From positions 2,486 to 66,485 of the forward strand of contig CAZPMC010000005.1 of assembly GCA_964587755.1 (NCBI GenBank): a stretch of 64,000 nucleotides of DNA, in the 5' to 3' direction. The notes beneath the pieces are model-generated. The model was not told where the DNA came from, did not search any database, and saw only the letters and a list, made by a program, of their open reading frames with translations. The stretch is from an uncultured Oscillospiraceae bacterium (GTDB lineage Bacteria > Bacillota > Clostridia > Acetivibrionales > DTU013). Below, piece by piece: positions 8,138-15,325 of the stretch; the first letter of the stretch is position 1; each line of letters begins with the position of its first letter. The position numbers and the translations under genes are program-made.

Positions 8138-9925
8138 ATGCTGAAAAAAAGTAAAATAAATTACAAAGTAAAGCTTTTTGGTATCTCTTTATTGGCCATA
8201 TCTTTTATTTTGCTTATTTGGGGGTATATACTTCAAGAAACGAATAATTATAAATATAGCGCCATTCAAAGCTTTAGCCGCAATCAGGAAATTTTAGTTG
8301 ACCAGGTTTCAAAAAGTGTCAAGGAAAGGCTTGCGACTCTTACCGGGGAGGGTTATTCCATTGAACAGGCTGAAGCTGATGTTGTCACTAACATAATAAG
8401 TAGAGCCGAAGCATCGGGAAGCAAATATTGGTTTTTGTATTCAACAAGGGAAGTAGTATTCGAAAAAAACCATGAAGAGACTAGAAATCTCAAAGGTAAA
8501 AGCACTTCGGATCTGGTGCGGTATTGGAAGCTTAAGGGTGGTACTGCTATTGATGAGTTTGAGATGTTACTTGCAAAGCAGCAAAGCGGCTCTTCTGTTT
8601 TTATAAAAAATGCTGATTATGGGGAAGAGATTGTTTCAGTAAGTTATTTTATGGTCGATGAAACCGGCTACTTTCTTGGAATGTCAACAAAAAAGCAGTA
8701 TGTTTGGTCTGTTGGCAGAATCAGCGAGCATATTCTCTATCTATATATTTTTGCCGGTGCTGTCAGCCTGGCTATACTGATACTGACTCTGTTGGTGTGC
8801 ATAGCCTATCTAAAGGGTCATAAGGATAATGAAAAGAGCAGCAAAGACATAGCTGACAAAAATCTTTATATTGAAGAGCTTACTAATAAGCTTCAATTGA
8901 AAACAGAGACAGCGAATAATGCCAGTATCTGTGATGTTCTGACCAAGCTTTATAATCAGAGGTTCTTTTATACCATGCTATCCAAAATAAATATTGGTTA
9001 TTTTCAGCCGATTTGCATAGTTGTTGTGGATATAAACGGGTTGGACGGTCTAAACCAGACCGCCGGTTACAGGGCGGGAGACGACCTTTTGATAAATACA
9101 GCAAGAATATTACAGCGGCTGTGTCTTGATACTGATGTAGTGGCAAGAACGGGCAACAGCGAATTTAGTATTTTGATGGTATCAACTGATGAATCTCAAG
9201 CTTATGGAATAACCGACAACATCAGACGCCAATTCGCCGACCTTGATTATACCGACTTAACCTTATCTATTGGAGTTGCCCAAATGAATATTGAGGATAG
9301 CGATATCTACAGCGTTCTGGAGCGGGCTCGTAAAAATTCGGACCTGGAAAAATTGAATGACCCTAATAGCAGCAGTTATAATGTGGTTGCTATGCTGATG
9401 AAAATGCTAAATGCTTATTCTCCTGAAGCAGTTGCCCATTGTAACCGTATAAAGAAAAAGGCAGTTGAGCTTGGAAAGGCCCTCGGGTTGTCCAACCTGG
9501 AGCTTATGCGCCTGTCAATAGCAGCTCAACTCCATGATGTAGGAAAAATCGGCATTTCCGATACGATTTTAAATAAAAAAGAAATGCTTACTATAAGTGA
9601 AAAAAACTTAATACGTAAGCACCCGCAAATCGGCTATGAAATTGTGAAACTGATTCCGTCTTTGGATGAGGTTGCCATTGATATTCTGCAGCATCACGAA
9701 TATTATAATGGCACTGGTTATCCTTCAGGCCTTGGGGGTGAGGATATTACTCTAAATGCCAGAATTATAAATATAATCGACAGCTACGATGCAATGACAA
9801 ACAGCAGGGTATATTCCAGGGTGAAAACACCGGAGGAAGCCATAAAGGAGCTTCGTGACAAAAGTAATATTCAGTACGATCCTGATATTGTAAACACTTT
9901 TATAGAAGCAGTAGAAATTATTTGA
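8138..9925 (+). CDS. Membrane sensor protein with a degenerate GGDEF domain and an HD-GYP c-di-GMP phosphodiesterase domain
   Basis: Two TM helices flank a ~170-aa extracytoplasmic region. The GGDEF-fold region has GNSEF in place of GG(D/E)EF and no RxxD I-site. The HD-GYP domain is intact (QLHDVGKIG, HHEYYNGTGYP). RBS GGAGG. Confidence 0.8.
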   Translation: MLKKSKINYKVKLFGISLLAISFILLIWGYILQETNNYKYSAIQSFSRNQEILVDQVSKSVKERLATLTGEGYSIEQAEADVVTNIISRAEASGSKYWFLYSTREVVFEKNHEETRNLKGKSTSDLVRYWKLKGGTAIDEFEMLLAKQQSGSSVFIKNADYGEEIVSVSYFMVDETGYFLGMSTKKQYVWSVGRISEHILYLYIFAGAVSLAILILTLLVCIAYLKGHKDNEKSSKDIADKNLYIEELTNKLQLKTETANNASICDVLTKLYNQRFFYTMLSKINIGYFQPICIVVVDINGLDGLNQTAGYRAGDDLLINTARILQRLCLDTDVVARTGNSEFSILMVSTDESQAYGITDNIRRQFADLDYTDLTLSIGVAQMNIEDSDIYSVLERARKNSDLEKLNDPNSSSYNVVAMLMKMLNAYSPEAVAHCNRIKKKAVELGKALGLSNLELMRLSIAAQLHDVGKIGISDTILNKKEMLTISEKNLIRKHPQIGYEIVKLIPSLDEVAIDILQHHEYYNGTGYPSGLGGEDITLNARIINIIDSYDAMTNSRVYSRVKTPEEAIKELRDKSNIQYDPDIVNTFIEAVEII

Positions 9926-9961
9926 ATGGAGATCTTTCATTAACAAAAGGAGCTAATAACG

Positions 9962-10486
9962 GTGCAATACGATCAATTCCGGTTTAAGTTTTATTTTAAT
10001 GCCAGTCATGCCATATATCTTAGGGGACGATTAGGCGAGAAACATCCCCACACCTGGGAGCTTATTTTGCATACGGCAAAGATAAGTGACAATTTCGTAC
10101 CTTTTAATGAGATTGAGAAGATGATTGAGGATTTCCTTTCCCAATATCAAGACGTATTCATAAATACAATCCAGCCGTTTACAACAATAAACCCTACTCT
10201 GGAGAATATTTGTACTTTTTTTAAGGGTAAGATTCAGCAGATGCTTTATGACAAAGGGTGGCTGCTGCTTTCTATAGAGCTGAGTGAGACACCTACCAGA
10301 GCCTATGTAATCAGTATGGCTGATGAGGCTCAGTTAAATAAACAGTATAACAGAGAAAATAATAGAGAAATTGACGAAATAAAAATGCAGGATATTATCG
10401 ACCAGTTGGCTGCTGCGAAATTGGATCTGTTGCTCACAAACCTGGAGGTGGCTGCTACCAGAGAATCCGATGAGAAAGAAGAATGA
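9962..10486 (+). CDS. 6-pyruvoyl-tetrahydropterin synthase / QueD-like fold protein with an acidic helical C-terminal extension
   Basis: GTG start with AAGGAG 9 nt upstream. FNASHAIYL and KHPHTWEL resemble the PTPS/QueD F-x-A-x-H and H-x-H-x-(Y/W) zinc-site motifs. The last ~60 aa are charged and helical. Confidence 0.5.
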   Translation: MQYDQFRFKFYFNASHAIYLRGRLGEKHPHTWELILHTAKISDNFVPFNEIEKMIEDFLSQYQDVFINTIQPFTTINPTLENICTFFKGKIQQMLYDKGWLLLSIELSETPTRAYVISMADEAQLNKQYNRENNREIDEIKMQDIIDQLAAAKLDLLLTNLEVAATRESDEKEE

Positions 10487-10493
10487 ATATAGA

Positions 10494-10525
10494 GGGACGG
10501 TTTGAAGAACCGTCCCTTATTTATT
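10494..10525 (+). terminator. Rho-independent terminator
   Basis: GGGACGGTT (10494-10502) pairs with AACCGTCCC (10508-10516) across a 5-nt loop, followed by TTATTTATT. Confidence 0.7.
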
Positions 10526-10527
10526 GC

Positions 10528-10558
10528 TTGACATTAACGTTACGTCATGGTTTATATT
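10528..10558 (+). promoter_or_regulatory. MerR-type promoter: TTGACA, 19-bp spacer, TATATT
   Basis: -35 TTGACA at 10528-10533 and -10 TATATT at 10553-10558, giving an over-long 19-bp spacer. The spacer contains an AACGTT core and TGAC/GTCA outer half-sites. It sits directly upstream of a MerR-family gene. Confidence 0.65.
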
Positions 10559-10604
10559 CTAATTAAGGGCATCAACAAAAGTCTGTTGAGAAAAGGAGAT
10601 GAGT

Positions 10605-11360
10605 ATGGAGTACACTATTAACAAGCTGGCGAAGCTTGCGGGAATCAGTACCCGTACACTGCGTTACTATGATGAAATCGGGCTCTTGTCACCGAAACGG
10701 ATAAGCAGTAACGGTTACCGTGTGTACGGTAAAAAGGAAGTTAACCTTCTCCAGCAGATTTTATTTTACCGTGAGCTCTCAGTACCGTTAGATGAAATCA
10801 AAAATATACTATTGTCGAAAGATTATGATGCTATAGCGGCACTAGAGGGTCATCTGTCTGCTCTGAAAATGAAAAGAGAACAGATTGAGTTGCTGATTAG
10901 AAATGTGGAAAAAACCATAGCTGAGTCGAAAGGGGAGATAATAATGAGTGACAAGGAGAAATTTGAAGGCTTCAAGCAGAAGTTGATTGATGAAAACGAA
11001 AAGCAGTATGGGAAGGAAATCCGTGAAAAGTATGGAGATGATGTTGTAAATGCAAGCAATGCAAAAATGATGAATATGACAGCAGAGCAATATAAGAAGG
11101 TACAAGAATTGTCTGAGCAAATAAATGAAGCTTTAAAAGCGGCTTATGAACAGGGTGACCCTTCCAGTGAACTTGCTCAAAAGCTATGCGCCTTGCATAA
11201 GGAGTGGCTGTGCTATTTTTGGAGCAGTTACTCAAAGGAATCGCATATGGGTTTGGCACAAACTTATGTTGATGACCCTCGTTTCAAAAAATACTATGAC
11301 GATATAGTAATGGGAGGTGCTGAATTTTTGCGCGACGCCATAAAGATTTATTGCCAGTAA
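10605..11360 (+). CDS. MerR-family transcriptional regulator with a TipAS-type C-terminal domain (TipAL/Mta class)
   Basis: HTH region YTINKLAKLAGISTRTLRYYDEIGLL...NGYRVY. The C-terminus (HKEWLCYFW...YVDDPRFKKYYD) is typical of the TipAS antibiotic-recognition domain. The start was moved to the ATG at 10605 because AAGGAG abuts the ATG at 10599. Confidence 0.85.
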   Translation: MEYTINKLAKLAGISTRTLRYYDEIGLLSPKRISSNGYRVYGKKEVNLLQQILFYRELSVPLDEIKNILLSKDYDAIAALEGHLSALKMKREQIELLIRNVEKTIAESKGEIIMSDKEKFEGFKQKLIDENEKQYGKEIREKYGDDVVNASNAKMMNMTAEQYKKVQELSEQINEALKAAYEQGDPSSELAQKLCALHKEWLCYFWSSYSKESHMGLAQTYVDDPRFKKYYDDIVMGGAEFLRDAIKIYCQ

Positions 11361-11382
11361 GTAATGATATTAATGACGCAAG

Positions 11383-11440
11383 GGGACGGTTCTTTCTGTA
11401 TTTTTTGAAAAAGCAGAAAGAACCGTCCCTTCTTGATTTG
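11383..11440 (+). terminator. Rho-independent terminator (16-bp stem)
   Basis: GGGACGGTTCTTTCTG (11383-11398) pairs with CAGAAAGAACCGTCCC (11414-11429), followed by TTCTTGATTT. Confidence 0.75.
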
Positions 11441-11620
11441 AAAGAAATGTACCCTTTTGTCCAGAAACGCCAAAGTGCTTGTAAATAATTGGTGAAAGTG
11501 TTATTATGTTAATAGTAAAAAGGCATATCTGTTTTAAACCCTATGGAAAAGCAATTTCTAAAATAAGAATATGAATTAGAGGCTAAATATGAAATATTTT
11601 ATTATGAGAGGACTGATATT

Positions 11621-12874
11621 ATGAAAAAGTTTTTTGTCTTGTTGCTTACCCTGACTATAGTTACTACTTGTTTTTCAGGGTGTGGTGGTAAAAACTATTC
11701 AAATAAAGGAAGAGAAATCTCCCCATCGGTTTCTTCCGATTCCTCAAACTCGGGGAAAGTGGCACAGACAGACACCGATCAGAATCCTGCAAATGATGTA
11801 GAGATTCTTGACGAAGGAACAATAGCTTCTCTTGATGAAATTAAACAAAAGTTGCTTGCATCAGATTATGAGATTTCTGATTTGATAGAGCTTCAAAAAG
11901 AATTTGCAGTAAACCTTGTAGACGGATTTAATTTCTCAAAAGACGGTAAGCAAAGCATAATCTTGGAATTTGCTACACCATATGATTCGAAAGCTTATGC
12001 TGACATGGTAAATGAATCCGGGTATAATGTCCCGATACTCAATGGAAGGTTTGTAACCTTCGTGGAAGCTACAAAGGGGATTGTTACTGATCCGGAGATG
12101 CAAGCCGAGCTTGAGGAGCTAATGGATGCCAAAGCTTTAATTCCGGAGCAATGGTCCGACACGATAGATGTATCAACCAGCACCACAGATTATAAAGGTG
12201 CTTTCGAGCTTATGCAAAATATAGCAAAATCAATGAATACCTTGCTTGATCAAGCGGTGGCAAAAAACAATAACGAACATCCGGAAGGAGACCCTCAAAG
12301 CACACATAGTGTTTTTGCTCTCATGTTTGGCTCTGTTTCAATAGCTTTAACCTCTCAGTTCTGTGAAGATGAAGCATACCTTGCAGCAATAGAATCGGTA
12401 GCGGGAATGATGGGCTTATCGGACGCAAAGGCAACCCGTAATGCTGCACATGATTATACCCTTACCGCAATAAAAACCCGGAACCAGCAGCCGTTTGAGA
12501 TAAATGCCGTATACGACCCGACGAGTGGGGGACTGCGGATGGTTGAGAAGACAGACGGAAAGGTGACTGAATTTTTTGAGTTTATACCTTTAGGCTCCGA
12601 CCAATATGCTTTTCAGACAGATACAGAACGAGGCATAGTTAATTATAAGAACGGCAAAGCTTTATCCTTCGTATATTCAAAGACAGCCAGGAAGGACAGT
12701 ACATACAGCAGTGAATCAGACAGCATTTATCCCTCCGGGGCAGGTGCAGATATTGAGTGGGTAGCACCCAAGGGAGAGGACGGATACGAGCAATATTTCC
12801 ACTTTGATGGGGAAAACATCAAGCTCAGTGTGGATGCTTTCGGCGAGAGGATAAAAACACAGATACCTTCCTAG
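11621..12874 (+). CDS. Lipoprotein of unknown function
   Basis: Signal peptide with lipobox (TTCFSGC|GG), then a Ser/Asp-rich linker. RBS GAGAGGA. No motif recognised. Confidence 0.7.
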   Translation: MKKFFVLLLTLTIVTTCFSGCGGKNYSNKGREISPSVSSDSSNSGKVAQTDTDQNPANDVEILDEGTIASLDEIKQKLLASDYEISDLIELQKEFAVNLVDGFNFSKDGKQSIILEFATPYDSKAYADMVNESGYNVPILNGRFVTFVEATKGIVTDPEMQAELEELMDAKALIPEQWSDTIDVSTSTTDYKGAFELMQNIAKSMNTLLDQAVAKNNNEHPEGDPQSTHSVFALMFGSVSIALTSQFCEDEAYLAAIESVAGMMGLSDAKATRNAAHDYTLTAIKTRNQQPFEINAVYDPTSGGLRMVEKTDGKVTEFFEFIPLGSDQYAFQTDTERGIVNYKNGKALSFVYSKTARKDSTYSSESDSIYPSGAGADIEWVAPKGEDGYEQYFHFDGENIKLSVDAFGERIKTQIPS

Positions 12875-12917
12875 TCTCAAATCTGTTGTTAAATCTTTTC
12901 TTTGAGGGGGATTTAAA

Positions 12918-13760
12918 ATGAGGAAAATAATTGCCGTAATACTCATTTGTTTTATTGTTGCAGCATTTAGCGGCTGCGTCGGTAAACAGAATGATTATAT
13001 TAAGATTATCGATGCTTTTATTGATGGTTTTTCAAAGCTATATGATCAAGGAAATGAATATACAGAGCTTGGTTTGCAGCTTCAGGCTGATTATGCCTAT
13101 GGCTGGGCAGCTGCTTCAGTATCTTCCATGCGCTACTGTATAGACTGTCTGCTTTATTTGAAAGGTGAGGGGGATACTCTTGAGGATGTGGTAGGAGAAC
13201 GGCCAGGCAACTGGGATGAGATTGCCGAAATGAATTTTGCTTCTCCCTATCCGTATTTTTTTGAGGGCTTAGTTTATAATTCTCAGGGTAAAAACGAGGA
13301 TGCCGAAAAATGCTACCAGAAAGCGCTGGTAAATCCTAAATTTTCTGCTGAGAATGATAAATCATTGTTGATATTGGATATACTGTCTGTCAGTGAATTA
13401 AAGTCAGTAAAGAAAAAGCTGACGATGCTGGAGGATAAGATTTATGAGGTTTACAGTCCCATCAAATCAACATATCCACGCAGTCATTTGAATTATAGCG
13501 ATAAATACCTCAGGACTCTGGCGAAGGAGTGTCTTACTGTAAATGAAAACGATTATCGTGGTGCACTTCGCCACTATGAGGCTGCCCTTGCTGTTAACCC
13601 CTTTGAGGGAGACAATTTTGTTGGGTGTGCTTTAATGCATATGTATCTTGGAGACATAGATCAAACATTCTTTTATGTTAATGAAGGTCTGTTTGTTGAT
13701 CCTGAGCATGAAGGCTTGAACAAAATTGCAGAATTGCTGAACCAGGAGGTAGGCGAATGA
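12918..13760 (+). CDS. TPR-repeat lipoprotein of unknown function
   Basis: Lipobox AAFSGC|VG. TPR-like helices (EDAEKCYQKALVNP, YRGALRHYEAALAVNP). RBS GAGGGGGA. Confidence 0.7.
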   Translation: MRKIIAVILICFIVAAFSGCVGKQNDYIKIIDAFIDGFSKLYDQGNEYTELGLQLQADYAYGWAAASVSSMRYCIDCLLYLKGEGDTLEDVVGERPGNWDEIAEMNFASPYPYFFEGLVYNSQGKNEDAEKCYQKALVNPKFSAENDKSLLILDILSVSELKSVKKKLTMLEDKIYEVYSPIKSTYPRSHLNYSDKYLRTLAKECLTVNENDYRGALRHYEAALAVNPFEGDNFVGCALMHMYLGDIDQTFFYVNEGLFVDPEHEGLNKIAELLNQEVGE

Positions 13761-15151
13761 TGAAAAAATTATGGGTGCTTTTGCTCATTCTTGTCATAGT
13801 GATACAGCCGCTTAATACTTTTGCAGCATCATATATAGACCTGTCCCGGGTAAAATTCAGTTCAGGCTCAGAACCGGTGGTTTTCACATTTGGCGACTTG
13901 AGTGTAGACGGTGTACTGGAGCAAATATTTCCCTTTACAGAAGAAGAGATAGACAAGCTTGTCAAAGAAACATTAAAGTCGAAGAACTTAACACAGCTTG
14001 ATATCAAGGAAGCCAATGAAAAGGTCCAAAAAGCAAAGCGTGCTTCAGAGTTCACAAAGGAAGACCTGGAAAGGGTAAAAAATAACATGCTTACAACACT
14101 TTCGGCTGTTCCTGCCGGCCAAGTGACGTCTGCTCTTGCTGCTGTGACAGGCTACATGGGCAGCAGCAGCTGGGATGATATCGGCACAGCTTCCGCTGAT
14201 TTGCTTGAAAACACTACGACAGACTGGGTTAAGGATACTGCAGGCGGATTTGTCAATGAGGCAGGCGAATTAGGTAAAAATCTCAATAAAATAAATGCGG
14301 TGACAAGCCAACTGTTAGCAATAGAGAAGTTCTGTGTAATGATGGCGGATGAGCATGCAAGGACAAAACAGAAGTGGAAGGATATAGCTGACGGTGCCAA
14401 TGCGAAGCGTATGCTGAATGAGTTTTATTATGCTCTGCAAAGAAAAATTGACAGCTATAAGTACAAAAGTGACGATGCGGGGTGGCGAATAAATTTCGAC
14501 TATGCATCAGTAGGACGCAATTTCACTTTTTTCGGTGTGGATTCCAATTACCAAACATGGTCTCTCGACATGAGGTTGGAACAGAAGGCAACAAACGAAA
14601 TCGGAAATGTCGTAGGAATCTATATTGGAAGTTTTACTATTGCTGCTGAACATGAAATGTCAAGCTTTAAATCAAGAGCTCACGAGGCTATTGTTAATAT
14701 GGGCGAGGTGGGAGCTGCAATTAAAAAAATGCAAGCAACTCCCGGCTATACAGTGGACTTAAGAACTGTATCGCCAGGTGAAGCAATCATATACCGTGTT
14801 ATTTCAGGAACATGTCAAGCAGAAGTCAAAGAAAACGGAGAAATAATACTATCTATGAAAGAGGAGAATGATCATACTCACGTATATATTTCGGGAATGG
14901 AAGTAGAGATGGACTACTCTTTAGCCGGCAGCAAATTGATTAAGAGCGGAGGAAAAATAAAATTTCAAATTTCAGCTGATAAAGAAGAAATTATAATAGG
15001 GGGTATATCTGCTGATATATTGGTCAAATCACCTGATGTCAACTTTTCTCATGAAATAAGCGGATCAGGAACAGTAAATGCCGGCTGGGATAAAGGTATC
15101 TGGAAGCACTGGGATGATACCAAAAAGACATTGAAGCATGCAAGAAGATAA
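13757..15151 (+). CDS. Secreted protein of unknown function
   Basis: ATGA overlap with the upstream gene. Signal peptide MMKKLWVLLLILVIVIQPLNTFA|A. Helical N-terminal half and beta-rich C-terminal half. No motif recognised. Confidence 0.7.
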   Translation: MMKKLWVLLLILVIVIQPLNTFAASYIDLSRVKFSSGSEPVVFTFGDLSVDGVLEQIFPFTEEEIDKLVKETLKSKNLTQLDIKEANEKVQKAKRASEFTKEDLERVKNNMLTTLSAVPAGQVTSALAAVTGYMGSSSWDDIGTASADLLENTTTDWVKDTAGGFVNEAGELGKNLNKINAVTSQLLAIEKFCVMMADEHARTKQKWKDIADGANAKRMLNEFYYALQRKIDSYKYKSDDAGWRINFDYASVGRNFTFFGVDSNYQTWSLDMRLEQKATNEIGNVVGIYIGSFTIAAEHEMSSFKSRAHEAIVNMGEVGAAIKKMQATPGYTVDLRTVSPGEAIIYRVISGTCQAEVKENGEIILSMKEENDHTHVYISGMEVEMDYSLAGSKLIKSGGKIKFQISADKEEIIIGGISADILVKSPDVNFSHEISGSGTVNAGWDKGIWKHWDDTKKTLKHARR

Positions 15152-15168
15152 AATGAAGTAATAGGAAC

Positions 15169-15202
15169 GGTTGAAGCAAGAGGGGCGGTTCTTGCTTCAA
15201 CC
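15169..15202 (+). terminator. Hairpin terminator (12-bp stem)
   Basis: GGTTGAAGCAAG (15169-15180) pairs with CTTGCTTCAACC (15191-15202). The downstream T-run is weak. Confidence 0.55.
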
Positions 15203-15325
15203 TCAAAAACCGTAAAAATGTTTACGCTTTATTACCCAGCTGCCTTACACCCATTGATATAGGCGTTAACATAATATATTATTTTGCATAAATTGATTAT
15301 GAACAAATTTTCTAGGAGAATCAAT

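Noticed and set aside
10502-10516. An exact 15-nt identity (TTGAAGAACCGTCCC) between the terminator at 10502-10516 and the cupin coding sequence at 17037-17051, considered as evidence for a mobile or miniature repeat element.
   Set aside because: A single 15-nt match within 64 kb, both strands compared, is roughly what chance allows. There are no flanking inverted repeats, target duplications or transposase. Only the broader recurrence of the 10-mer is reported, at low interest.
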